Shown here: one piece after another, positions 46,838 to 60,000 of the stretch
Layout: each line of letters begins with the position of its first letter
How positions within the stretch are numbered: the stretch's first letter is position 1
Virus record (IMG/VR): IMGVR_UViG_3300017774_003070
Location: 1-64,000 of that record
From: a virus
Strand: one strand, 5' to 3'
Length of the DNA stretch: 64,000 bases
Made by a program: the position numbers and the translations under genes
The notes under the pieces: model-generated
Told to the model about the DNA's origin: nothing
The model's database searches: none
The model's input: the letters and a program-made list of their open reading frames with translations, nothing else

Positions 46838-49158
46838 TGAAGAAAAAGTATAACTTAGGGGGAGAGATTAGTAGTCTACTCCCTCTTTTAGATTTAGCTA
46901 TACCAGGATTAGGAACTTCCTTATCTGCTGTAGTTGGTATGATTCCAGGTAAGCAACCTACTAAGAAGTTAGAGACTCCTACTAATCCATTTAGGACGTT
47001 TCGTAAAGGTGGTAAACTTGATCCAGGAAATCCAAAAACAGTAAAGGTTGGTAATATTGAGTTTGACAAATCTAAGATGAAGCCTTCTAAGAATGGTTAT
47101 GATGATCATTTTGTAGTAACAGACATAAAAACAGGTAAAGATTTTGGAGTAGTACTAGAGGATAACAAGTTTAGATTTAGGAATGATTATGAAGTAGGGG
47201 AGATAGAGCCTAATACAAAAGAAGAAGATTTGAAATTAATCTCAGACAATACTGCCAAGTATTACAAAGAACTTTACAACTCTCCTTTCTACAAGAGGAA
47301 TCAGCCATCGTCTGTCATAGCTGAGAAAAAGAAGGAAGTCAATAAGTATGATAAAGGTGAAATGTTTAATTTAGGATTATCGCCTTCAGGTAGTTATACT
47401 TCTTTACCAAAGAAAGGAGAAGGTAGACCAGCAGTAGTCATAGACCCCAAAGACATTTATAAATATCCTGGCAGTACTTTGCGTGGTGTAATGACACATG
47501 AGTTTGCACATACATTACCCGACAATCCTAATGATACTAAACTCATTAAGAGTAAGTTGAATAAGAAAAATGTAGAGAATTACCATGACGAATTTCCATT
47601 TGAAATGCAAGCAGATATAAATGCTTTACGTAGATCAATGAAGGATAATGGAGTATGGGACATGAAAAGCAATTTCAATCAGAAGCATCTTGATGATTAC
47701 AGAAAAGTAAAGTCAGATAATTTCTTTCACAATAGAGTTAAAAAACTTACTAACTCTGATGACAATATGTTACAGCTTTTAAACTCTGTTTCATATGTAG
47801 ATAGTAAACCAGAATTACCTATAGTTAGAAAAGGAGGTATGCTTCCACAACTTAAGTTTGGAGGTAAAGTTAAGTCTTATGATCTTCCTACTCACGAGCA
47901 AGGTGGGGGTATGGTTGACAAGATGGGTAATCCTGCAAGTACAGGTGTAGCTGAAATAGAAAAGAAAGAAGTTGTGTATACAGATAAACGAGGTACTAAT
48001 CCTTATGTCTTTTCAGATACGTTGACAGACTCTGACGGTAAAACATTTGCAATGAAAGCTAAAGAGTATCAGAAGTTTGATAAGAAAGATCAAGTAAGTC
48101 AAGCTACTTACAAGAAGCTGATGAGTGAGTTGCAGATGAAGAATGATCTTGCACGTGAATCAGAGGAGCAAGTTGTTAATCCTACACAGATGCCTAACGG
48201 TGGATATATCATTCAAACTCAATATGATTCAAAAGGTAGAAAGATTCGTGATACAGCAGTTCCTCAGCAAACTACTGCAATTGATAAAACAATTAGCAAT
48301 GTCACGGGAGTTAATGCTTACAAAGACTTACTTGGTAATCTTCAATCAGGAGCATTTCCTAGAATAGGACGAGTAGAAGCTGTAGTTCCTGGTTCAATGA
48401 ATATACTAGACAACGCAAGAGGAGGTATACAATCTCAAACTCCAATAGATACAAGCTTACCTAGTGTACCTACTAGCTCAACTACATCTCAAGCAACTCC
48501 TAATCCTCTTGGCTCACTTGACTTAGGTAAGGTTGGTGGTATAATGAAAGGAGCTGCGTTAGTTGGTTCTGCTATTGATGCATTCCAGAAACCTGAGCAA
48601 GAACAGCTTCGTGTACCTGATTTCAGTAAAGGAGATAAAGCTTACACTGGACTTGGTGGCTCATTTGATCCTATTCGTAACGACATTGTACAGCAAGCTA
48701 AGTCTGGTGAGAATCAGATCATGCAAAGTGCTGGTAACTTCGGACAAGTAATGTCACGTCTTAACTCACTACAATCAGGTGTAGGACGTAACCTTGCTCA
48801 AGTTGGTCTACAAGAGAAGCAGTACAACGATCAGATTGGTATGGCTAAAGGTCAACGTGAAGATCAGAAAGCAGGCATTAAAGCTAACGAACAGATACGT
48901 AAACAAACAGCAGATAGTCAGAATAAAGCAATGGGTCAAGACTTAGTTGCAAACTTACTCCAGAACGTAAACAATTATGGTACTGAGTTTATGAAGCAAG
49001 ATGTAATGACTAAAGAGCTTGCTAATCTGGACAAAGAGAAGCAACGTGCATTCCTGACTCAGCTTAGTTTGATGAACATAAAGAATCCTAACTTCCAGAT
49101 AAATAAGGACTTGATCAATTCTGACAATCCCTTATCAGCACTAACTTTCAAGCAATGA
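46834..49158 (+). CDS. Internal virion cargo protein with a zincin-like domain
   Basis: THEFAH...EMQA; THEQGG...AEIE...VFSDTL module; hydrophobic segments; Gln-rich coiled coil. Confidence 0.7.
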   Translation: MMKKKYNLGGEISSLLPLLDLAIPGLGTSLSAVVGMIPGKQPTKKLETPTNPFRTFRKGGKLDPGNPKTVKVGNIEFDKSKMKPSKNGYDDHFVVTDIKTGKDFGVVLEDNKFRFRNDYEVGEIEPNTKEEDLKLISDNTAKYYKELYNSPFYKRNQPSSVIAEKKKEVNKYDKGEMFNLGLSPSGSYTSLPKKGEGRPAVVIDPKDIYKYPGSTLRGVMTHEFAHTLPDNPNDTKLIKSKLNKKNVENYHDEFPFEMQADINALRRSMKDNGVWDMKSNFNQKHLDDYRKVKSDNFFHNRVKKLTNSDDNMLQLLNSVSYVDSKPELPIVRKGGMLPQLKFGGKVKSYDLPTHEQGGGMVDKMGNPASTGVAEIEKKEVVYTDKRGTNPYVFSDTLTDSDGKTFAMKAKEYQKFDKKDQVSQATYKKLMSELQMKNDLARESEEQVVNPTQMPNGGYIIQTQYDSKGRKIRDTAVPQQTTAIDKTISNVTGVNAYKDLLGNLQSGAFPRIGRVEAVVPGSMNILDNARGGIQSQTPIDTSLPSVPTSSTTSQATPNPLGSLDLGKVGGIMKGAALVGSAIDAFQKPEQEQLRVPDFSKGDKAYTGLGGSFDPIRNDIVQQAKSGENQIMQSAGNFGQVMSRLNSLQSGVGRNLAQVGLQEKQYNDQIGMAKGQREDQKAGIKANEQIRKQTADSQNKAMGQDLVANLLQNVNNYGTEFMKQDVMTKELANLDKEKQRAFLTQLSLMNIKNPNFQINKDLINSDNPLSALTFKQ

Positions 49159-50942
49159 GCGTCAATAGATTTAGAAGAATAGCACCAGTACTTGATCCTA
49201 CAATGCACATGTATCGTAAGGAAACAGTACTTCCTGATCTCAGTCAGATTGGAGCCTTAGCATCTGGTCTACAAGCTTCATACGATACCAAGATACCACG
49301 CCCTCAACATATTCAAGGTGATGCTCCGTTGGTTGATCAGATGTTTGTAAAGCCTGTAGAAGACATGAAAGGTAGAGCTGTAGAAGCATTCAAGAAAGGG
49401 GATACTTCTCAAGGAGTTAATTACATGAAACAGATGGAGCAATTCATCTACAACTCTAAACAGCCTGGAGGAGCTTACAATGCGTTTGAAGATACATACA
49501 GTAAAGCATCTGCATACAGAAAGTCAATCGTTGATAATAAAGACATTGCAAAAGATACCAAAGACTTTAGTGTTAATAAGTCTCTATCTACTTTTACTAC
49601 TTTTGATCCTGAAGGTAATCGTAATGAGTTCTCCGGTTATACTCCTGCCAAGGATGTCGATCTGAATGATTACTTTACTAAGTTGACTAAAGATTGGGCT
49701 GAAACTGAATGGGTTAAAGGCTACTCGAAGACGTTAGGTGGTCAATACTTTGATCAACGTACTGGTAAGAAAGTCAGTAAAGCTGAGATAGTTAATAGTC
49801 TTCGTGACTCTTGGATGAATAATCCTGACATTAGACCTTACGTTCAGCAATTGACTGAGATGTATGGGGAAGAAGAAGCTTTAAAGAGAGTAACTAGTTC
49901 AATCAACTTAGCTGCTGAGAAAGAAGCATTTGAATCAGAGTCAAGTAAGTTGGTTGGTAATAAAGAGTATGACATTTCTGGACAAATACGTGTAGCTAGA
50001 GAGAAAAAGAATATGGAAAAAGAAGGACAGACAACTACAATTGATCTTGCTCCTTTCCAATACAACCCTATTCCTAAAGGAAAGATTACAGTTAAGGATG
50101 GGGATATAATCAGAACCAATGATTCTTACTTAGCAGGTACAGATATAGGTACTAGTGCAGTTGAGATTAGGGAGAAAAGAGGATTCAATCAACTTCTTAC
50201 TGATCCTAAGTACAAGAGTTACTTTAATGAACGTCCTGGTCTTGAGACTATTGTAAAGATGACTCCTTCTACTGGTATGAATCAGAAAGATTACAATACC
50301 AAAGTTGCTAAGATGTATGAGTCACTTGTAAAGAATGGTGGTAATACACTTCAGTTAGAAACTGTTACTCCTTCTGATCAGAAACAACTTAAGTCTGTAA
50401 TGCTAGGTGACGGTAAAGAAGGAGTAGGAGCAATCATTAATAATACAGTTTGGGCATTGTCCAAAGATGCACCTCCACACAGATTAACACTTAGTGAGAT
50501 TGAAGCTGCCAAAGACAACATTAGCTTCTACGGTAAATCTAAAGGTGGTAATGGATACTATCCAGGTTCTTTATTTGGAACTTACAAGGATAAGAAAGGT
50601 AAGATTTATTCTCTTGCTGTAGAACCTATTAATAGAGAGTCAGCTATTCACTACGAAGGTCTTAAGACTCTTATGCAACCAGCTAGTACTCACATAGAAA
50701 CTGGTTGGAGAAAAGTTCTTATTCCAGGTCAAGGATATAAGACTATAAAAGTAAAACCAAATCTTATCTTTGACGAGAAAGGTAACTACATTGACACTCA
50801 GTTAGATTTCTACAACTCAGAAGATGGAGGTAAAACTGGTGAGAAACTTAACTGGACTAAGGAAACACTTCACAATTACTTTGATCAATCGGCTTCACAG
50901 TTAGGGATTGACCAGATAAGAACTGCATCTGCTATAAAGTAG
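49155..50942 (+). CDS. Internal virion cargo protein
   Basis: 595 aa between the first cargo gene and the RNAP gene. Confidence 0.6.
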   Translation: MSVNRFRRIAPVLDPTMHMYRKETVLPDLSQIGALASGLQASYDTKIPRPQHIQGDAPLVDQMFVKPVEDMKGRAVEAFKKGDTSQGVNYMKQMEQFIYNSKQPGGAYNAFEDTYSKASAYRKSIVDNKDIAKDTKDFSVNKSLSTFTTFDPEGNRNEFSGYTPAKDVDLNDYFTKLTKDWAETEWVKGYSKTLGGQYFDQRTGKKVSKAEIVNSLRDSWMNNPDIRPYVQQLTEMYGEEEALKRVTSSINLAAEKEAFESESSKLVGNKEYDISGQIRVAREKKNMEKEGQTTTIDLAPFQYNPIPKGKITVKDGDIIRTNDSYLAGTDIGTSAVEIREKRGFNQLLTDPKYKSYFNERPGLETIVKMTPSTGMNQKDYNTKVAKMYESLVKNGGNTLQLETVTPSDQKQLKSVMLGDGKEGVGAIINNTVWALSKDAPPHRLTLSEIEAAKDNISFYGKSKGGNGYYPGSLFGTYKDKKGKIYSLAVEPINRESAIHYEGLKTLMQPASTHIETGWRKVLIPGQGYKTIKVKPNLIFDEKGNYIDTQLDFYNSEDGGKTGEKLNWTKETLHNYFDQSASQLGIDQIRTASAIK

Positions 50943-51004
50943 TAGATAATTAAAAGGACTATTTAGTAGTTCAAAGACATTGTTGTTCATTTAATAATAA
51001 CCAA

Positions 51005-54000
51005 ATGGCTAAGTTTAAAAGCACTGACGATTTAAATAATCTAATCCAATCTGCTCCTCAACCTATATATGGCACATCTGTACGCTCTGTAGCTAAACCA
51101 GGAATGGATCTAGGTAAGTATGATGAGGGGCTTACAATGTATGATACTCCTGAAAGTAGACGTGAATTAAATTATCAGAATCAGACAGGTTGGCAAGCAT
51201 GGGGAAATGCTCTTGGTCAATCACTAGCTGAAGTAACTGCTGGAACTGCTGAAGGTTTTGGTTACTTACTTGATTTAGAACAACATGTCAAGGCACTAGC
51301 TGGTACTGAGAAAGAATTCGACAACGAGTTCTCTAAAGCCATGCGTCAATTCAAGGAATCAGTTAGAGAAGATATGCCTGTCTTCACTGATCCCAATAAA
51401 CCTTTCGACCCACTCAATTCAAGATGGTGGGCTTCTAATCTCCCTTCAATTACATCTACTCTTACGTTAATGATTCCTACTGGTGCTGCTGTTGGTGTAG
51501 CGTCCAAAGTGGGTAGAGGTCTTGGTAAACTTGCTGGTGCAGGTGCAAAAGCTGCTAGAGTAGAATCTGGATTAGCTAGAGGACTTTCTGCTGCTAGTGA
51601 CTTTCTAAGTGCAGATACAAGAATGCTTGGAGGACTTACTTCCACTAGAGCTATTGGTTCTGGTGCAATCTCTCGTGTACTAGAAAGCACAATGGAAGCT
51701 GCTGGTAATGCAGATCAAGTTTACAAAGAACTAATCAGTCAAGGTAAGTCTGAAGAAGAAGCTAGAACTGAAGCTGGTAAAGTAGCAAGTAATACGTACT
51801 ACGCTAACTTACCTCTTATGCTCAGTGACATGTTTGAGTATTCAGTACTGTTTAGAAACAAGGGAGTAGACAATGCTGTAGATGCTCTGAACAAGCAAAC
51901 TAAGAAATCACTACTCAAGAACTCACTAGCTGTAGCAGGATCGTTTGTATCTGAAGGTCTTGAAGAAGGTTATCAATATGGTGTAGGTCAGGAAGCTAAG
52001 AAGTCAAAGAATGCTGGAGAAACAATGTCGAATGTAGTCAATAACTTTGGTGAATACTTTGACGATCCTGAGTTCCTATCTTCTGTAGTTGTAGGTGGTA
52101 TGTCTGGAGCTGGTTTTCAGGCTCTTGGTAACGTTATTGAGAGTAGATCAGCTAAGTTAGCTAATATATTTCCAGAGTTCGATGACACTGCTCTACAAGG
52201 GTTAGCTGCTAGTACTGGTAAATCTGCTACTGCTCTCAAGACCTCTGCTCAAGCTGCATTTACTAAGTTCAAAGGTAATCTGTCTGAATCACTTGCTGAC
52301 ATTGAATCTACCATTGCTAATCTACCAGCAGATATAAAAGATACAACTAGAGAAGCTTATAGACTTGGACTACAGACCTTGAAGGAAGCAGGTAAGATTA
52401 CTGATGAGTCATTGCAACAGATTCAACCAGAGACTTACTCAGACAAACTGTGGAAAGGAGCTAAGGAAAAGATCAATACTGCATTAACTAGAATCAAGAA
52501 GTGGTCGGGATTCAATGAGGAGATTCAACAACTAGAAGCAACTGGTAAAGATGCAGAAGCTGAAATACTTAGAAAAGACAAGTTTGTAGAGCTGGTAGAA
52601 GTTAATACTCCTGATGTTGAGAAGTATATGAATCAAGCTAAGGAATCTGGAATTGATATAACTGAATATGAAGACATACTTGATACTTACAAACAGGGAC
52701 TCATTCAACATCAAGGTAATCCTGATGCTGCTAAAGTTGAAGTACAGGCTGAGATAAGAAGACAAGCCTACAAAAATCAATACGATACTATTGTAGAACT
52801 TGGTACTAAGTTTCAAGACTTTGACTTCAATAGCTTACGTGAAGAGTATCTTAACAACTACAACAACCCATTAGCTAAGAATCTTAAGTCTGGTATTGAA
52901 CCTGATAAGACTAAGAATAGAACGATTAGCAATGAACTGAAAAGAAAGGTTAAGAAGTTAGTTGACTTAGAAGTACAGCAACTAGAGCTAACCAAAGAAG
53001 CTGATAGATTAGATACGGCTACTGGTCAAGAAGAGTTAGCTGAGAAGAAACGTCAGAATAAGATTGAAGAATTAAAGCAGTCTAATGATCCTGAAGTACT
53101 ATTCGATAAGTATGAAGATGAAGAGTTAGCTAAGATTGCTAAGACTCGTATTGACAAGTTAATCAAAGATGAGTTTCAGAACTTACCTGATCCTAATTTG
53201 TTCCCTGACTACAACGACTTTAAAGAATCAATTAGTTCTCCTGCTCTTGGTACAGTTAAGAATGATCCTGCTATTGACAAGGCACTCATTCAGTACTATA
53301 ATGACAACACACTATCAGATGAGAAGCCTACAATTGAGACGTTTGAAGATTCTGAGTTTGAGAAAGTAGCAAAACAAGTCAGTAAGTCAATTGAAGAAGG
53401 TGTAGAATCTATTCCTGAATTTGAATCTGAACTGTCTGACTATACCTCTTGGAACGAAAAGATACAAGAAGAGTTTGAGAATAAAGGTGACTTTATGCTT
53501 CACTCTCAGTTGTGGAGTATGAGTAGAGATAAGACTGGTGATTGGTCTTTACGTAAGTTCAACAAGGTAACTCAAGATGATATTGATTCAGGTAAGTACC
53601 GTCAAGATCAGTTAGGAGACAATAAGTACAACAGCACTAGTTATAATGACTGGGCTGATGATCCTTACGCTACTGAAGAACTGTTTAACAACTTTGGTGA
53701 TCCTAGTCAATATGAAGTGTTTTTTGAGACTACACCTAAAGAATGGGTTAATCGAAAGACTGGTAAGAAAGAAACTACTACGATAGATAATCACTGGATT
53801 AGATTGTTTGTAGTTAAAGATGGTAAGAAAGTTTACATTGGTCAATTACAAGACACGGTTGTTACTGCAACTAAAGAGAAGACAAATACTCCTGCTCTTG
53901 CTGCACTTAGACAAGTTGCTGACGATGCTCTTAAGACACTCAAACCAGGAGAAAGTAAAGTAATTGGTCAGACTCGAATTGTAAACTACAGCCCTGGTCT

Positions 54001-57000
54001 GTACAACAACTTAGCTAAACCAAGAGATGTACGTGCAGCTTTAACTGAAGAGGAACTAGAGAATGTAGGTGTTGGTGTGTACATGGGAGAGCATGATGAG
54101 CTTGGGCTGATGCGTACTAATAGGTATGACATTAAAGACATTAAACCAGTCAATGCTAAACCTGGTTCTGTCTACATAGCTAAGAAAACTCCTACTGGTA
54201 ACTATCAATGGTTTGCTTGTATTACTAAGTCTCTACGTGAGATGCCTGATCTTGTAGCTAAAGTTAAAGAGATACTTGCTCCACTTGAATCTACTGATCA
54301 GTTTGTAATTGAACGTTTGAAGAATGACAAAGAGCTTGTACGATCTATGCTTGCTCAACTACGTAGCATTGTCAGATACAAAGTGAATGGTAAACTAGAA
54401 CCTGATTTTAATTCCAAGATTGTAAACGTCAAAGCATATCAGGTCGATGGAAGATTCAGTATTGATAAGTTTATAGAAGTACATGGGTTGCTAGATCGTA
54501 AAGTACAGATTGATCCTAAACAGTTGACTGATACTGAGTACGTACAAAGTATTCTTGACAGGTTGATTACTGACATTGATCGTATTCCTTTTGTCAATCC
54601 ATTCATTACTGTAGCTGCACCTGATAGTAAGGTTCTCAGTACTCCTAAAGTGCAAGAAACTACTGAGCAACCTGTAAAGATTAAAGTAACTCAATCAAGA
54701 AAGAAGTTCTTACGTACAGATCAGAAACCCAATCTCTATAAAGGCCAGATTGACATTGAGAAAGCTGTTAAAGAACTAAAGAGAATAGTTCCTAATGGTT
54801 ATACTGTCAATGTACTTAAAGGTCTAATCGAATCAGAAGGTATCAGTGCTTATGGTATGGTACATGATGCTGCTATTACGCTAAGTGAGAAAGCACCTTA
54901 TGGAACTGAATACCATGAAGCTTGGCATGCTATTGAACAAGTACTTCCTAAGTTCCAGTACGACAGAATCAAGAACTACTTAACTGAAGAAGAACGAGCA
55001 GATCTTTTTGCTGAATATGAAATGACTAATCAAGCTCCTAGTCTACTCAAACGTGTTTTTCAGTTAGTTAAAGCATTCTTACAAGACCTTATCAACTACC
55101 ATCCAAGTCTTCTTGATCTGTTTGAGAGAGCTAATGCTGGTTATTATAAAGGTAAAAAGCTGAGTCGTTACGGTACATTCTACATGGTGGATGGAATGAC
55201 TGAACGTAACAAGCAGGATTTTGTCAATGTCTACTTAGCCGAAGTAGGTGAGTTTTTTGATCTAAGTAAAAAAGAAACAGTAGAGAATTTAATTGATTCT
55301 GATCCTACTAAGAACAATTTGACACTTGCTAAATCGGATACTCTTGTAGATGAGAATGGAGAAGAGTACACAGATAACTCCCCACTGGTAAACTTCTTTA
55401 GTAAAGTAGAAAAGGTACAAGGATTAGACGAAGCCAATAAACTACTTGCTTATGTTAGACCTGATCTTACAATAGGTGAGGATGGTGTGTTTGTATCAGA
55501 CGGTAATCCTAGAATGGGGGCACTGTATCCTGAACTACTAAAAGCGTTAGGTAAGAGAGGATACAAGATTGTATTAGGTCGTCAGGAGTTAAATACTACA
55601 CTGACAACTGAACGTGAGGTTGAAGAAGGAGATTCTATTGAAGAACCAGAAACTGACACACTAGAAGGTTGGCAAGAATCAGCTTCACTTAGATCACCTA
55701 TTGAAAAGTTGAGTAAGAGAATGAAACAGTTGATCTATTCAGTTAGATCAGATAAGAAAGACTCTTTAGGACTTGGATTAGACCTTACTTACAATGGTTA
55801 CGAAGCATATTCGAGATTAGCCGCGGTAATTGTAGATTCGATTGACGTAGCTGACATGATGGAAAGACTATCTGAGAAGGCTGCTAGAAAAGATACCTTC
55901 TACGTCAACTTGCTTAAATACATTGACGAGAAGTTTGAATCACCTATTAACATCTACACTGAACTGTACAAAGCTCTTGGTGATAAAACTCAACCTGAAT
56001 TCTGGGTTACACAAGAATACTATGATAAGACTGGTGAACTAGACCTTCGTGTATTTGAAGCCAACAGAGCATCAATAAAGCAGCGAGTAAAAAATATACT
56101 TGGTGATTACACTGGAACTAGTCCTGAAGAGTTCAAGGCTCTACTTGACATGGAAGATGTGTTTATTGACTATGCTAAGTTGAAGACTGCTCTTGAACAC
56201 CAAGATGAAAGTAAAAGGTTCTTAGCTGTGTGGGATGCAGTTGGTTCTAAAGTGTATTCCAAGTTTATTGCCAGTCACTTGAATGTAGAAGGTAAGAAAC
56301 AGTATGAAATTATCAATGGTGGTTACTTCAGCAAGTTAACTCAAAGGTTACAACGACAGTTTAGTGACCTTAAAGCTGAGTTGTTTGATAAAGATCCATT
56401 TCTGAAGGAGTTACCAATCTTAAATCGTAATCCTAAAGCTGGTGATTTTCAGTTTGTAGTCTATGCTGGATTCAAGGACAAGGATGGAAATGGATTAATG
56501 TACAATAACTACACTGAGAAGCATTTTGTGGAATCAACCTATCAGTTATGGTTATCTGCTAACATTCACATGATGCCCATCTTATCTGACTCACCTAACT
56601 TAATTGGTATCAAGTACAGAGTACCAAAGGAGTTAGACAAGGAAGCAGAGATTGCTAAGATTATTCAACTAGAACACAATAGAAGTAAGGATACTCACGG
56701 GATTAAGAACTACAATCCTGATGTAAAGATCTTTGCTGAAATACCTTACAAAGAGAACATCAACGAGCAGATACTTGAAGTACAGAAATACTTTGAGAAA
56801 GCTGAGGAAGAGTTCAAAGCTTATGCCAAGGAAGTAAAGGCAAGAGTACAGTTGAAGTCTGGACAACGTGATAACTTAGTTCGTGAGTATTTACTTGAAC
56901 ATGCGCTTGTACATAGCCAGATGAGCATGATCTCTGTAGGTCACTTAAGCTTTTACAAGAACCTTGAAGATTACTACAAGAGAGCTAAAGAGATATGGAG

Positions 57001-60000
57001 TCCTGTAATCAAAGGTAATGTTGATAACTGGTTCATGGACGGTGACACTAAGATTGAAGTGTTCAGTAAGAGGCAACGAATCAATGTACTTCCTACTGTA
57101 GAATCACCATCTAGTCAAGTAGAAGAATTGGAATCCATTGGTTTTACTGGATTTAGAAAAGTAGATAAGACTGATGCTCAGACAGAGATAGATTTGATTG
57201 CGTATCGTGATAGAATGATTACACTGAATGACTGGACTGACAGACATCAACGTGCATTTGTACAGTTGGCTAAAGGTGAGATGCCTAGTGAAGATATTGT
57301 AGGATTATTTAACGTACTCAAACCATTTTACTTTAATCAGCATGTAGTAACTACAGTAAATCCTGTAACTAAGGTTGAAAGCACTATTGTCAGTCCTGTA
57401 CAGAAGAAAGACTCAGAGCTACTTATACTTCCTATTTACGGACTTGAGACAATCAACGGGCAGCCTAATAGACTGTACAATCCACTTTGGAAGTCTCATC
57501 TTGAGATGATGGGTTACAACTTTGACACCATGTCTTATGATGAGCAAGGTAGAAAAGATGGTAAGTACTTTGACATTATTACCTACGACACTACAATGAA
57601 AGTAGGTAAGCGTAACGAGATGACTATTGACTTAGCTAAGTGGGGTAAGCAGCAAGAAACGCCTGAACACCACTACATGTCTGATGCTATCTTTGGTACT
57701 CAGATAATGAAGTTGATCACTGGTAACTTAGAAGGTAACTATAATGTAGATGGTCAGACGATGTCTGCTAAGGAGTTGTGGAAAGAATACAATGACCTTA
57801 TCTCAGAGTGGACTGTAGAACGATTTGATGATGTAATTCGTGAGTATGGTTCTGAAGATAAGCTAAGACGAATGATTATTGAAGAGATGATTAATAAAGG
57901 TATGCGAGATGATTACATTAAGTCAATTCAGCAACTACCTCTTACTCATCCTATTCACTTCAATAAGGTTATTCAGATTATAAACTCGTTTGCCAAGAAT
58001 AACATTACTGATCTTACTTTTGATAAAGGATACACGTTTGCTAACGCTTCTTCTGAAGGTTTTAGTAACGAGCTGAAGATTAAGTGGGTGAACAACGATC
58101 CTGCTCAAGGTATAGATCATTTTGAAACTTATGCTCCTGTACATGATCCACGTATCAAGAATTACATGGTTGACGGGATAGTGGATATGGATGCTTTACG
58201 AGCTGATATTAAGTCAGGTAAGATTCCTGATCTACTCACTGGACTTGTGTATCGTATTCCTACTGAAGGAAAGTATTCAATGTTCAAGATTAAAATTGTA
58301 GGATTCTTACCTATAGATAATGGTGTAATCTTCATGCCTGACATGGTGACTAAGATTGCTGGTCTTGACTTTGATATTGACAAGGTTAGAGGATTCTTCT
58401 TTGGTGGTAACAAACTTCAGGATAGAATACTACAGTTAATGACTGCTGTATTGTCTTCTCCTCAATCACTTAAGGAACAATTAACTCCTGGTGGCTTTGA
58501 TAACTTGAAGAGTAACAACTTGCAGATTAGAGCTTACAAATCAGGTATCAATCCAGAAGGTAAGACAGACAAGGAACTTGAAGGGTTGTTAAAAGACAAG
58601 ATGCCATTCTTTAGTCCTATAACGCTTAGTAAGATTGCTAAGAGGATGAATACTGGTAAGGCATTGATTGGTACTGCTGCCAATGTAAACGCTGTACACA
58701 GCCTTATGGAAGCTTACAGTACGTTTGGTGAATCTACTTACGATGATGGAGTTGAGATTATCTACAATGGGGAGTCATTGTCAGATATGTCAAGGAAGTT
58801 TGATACGGATGGTAATCTGATCTCTAGTAACATAGCTGAATTGCTTGCTGCATTTGTAGACAATGGTAAAGATCCACAAGCTGAGTACTCAAACATCACT
58901 AGTGATACTATTGGAGTTGCATTGTACTTACTCAAGAAAGGTGTACCTCTCAAAGCTGTACAGTTCTTTACTACTCAAATTACTGATGTTTACTACAGTT
59001 CAGAAAAGCTAGTCTTGAATAAGAGTATACTCAACTTTGATGAATTTGTGAACGATTTAAAAGGTGTAGGAGACGATGAAAGGTACAATGCTTCATTTGA
59101 ATACTTCAAATCTTATGCTCGTGCATTTGAAGCTTACGTTGCAGGTATTAAAGTAGCCAATGCAGGTGCTGGTGCTACAATGGTTGACAATTACTTGAAG
59201 ATTAAGAAGTACAAAAAAGCTGTAGGTATTAATCCTTCTGTAATTGATGATGCTGGTCTAACTAAGACTTTAACTCAGAAAGGTTTACTTGACTGGAATG
59301 ACTTCTTGGTTAATACATTTAAGATTCCTGATGTAAACAAGGGAACTATTGTAACTGCACTTGATCTGATGACTGAACGTGTGCTTGAGTATGTAACTGA
59401 TAAGAACGTTAAAGACTTGTACAACTCATTCATCTCTTTCGTAGCTTCTGGTTACTTTAAGTGGAATCAATCTACAGTTAACTTACTTAATGATCCAAAT
59501 AAGATTCTTGAATACAAACTAAAGTATCCTACTAATAAGTTTCTCAATAGACTTGAAGTACAAAAAGGTTACTTACAGTTCATAGGAGCTAATACAAATG
59601 ACGAGTTAGAGATTCAATCTATTATTGATAACTGGCAAGAGTTGCTTAACTCAGAAGATGAGAAGACCAAGAGGTTTGCTGAAGGTTTAGTTAATTACTC
59701 ATTTTATCAGAAAGGATTTGACTTTGGTGTAGGTTCATTTGGGCATTTGATTCCTGTCTCTTACTTCATTAAGAATAAGGAGTTTACAAAGTACTACACG
59801 GATACAATGAGAGCTTTAGATCAGTCTAATCAGGAAAAGGCTAATCTCTTTGTAGAACAGTTCATAGCTAACAACTATGTAGACATTAACATTCCTGTAG
59901 TCACTGGTGAGTTTGACGGTCAAGTACTTAAAGTGAAAATACCTCCTAGCATTGGAGATTACGACGCTAGATACGTTAAGTTTTTAGTACCAGGAGCTGA

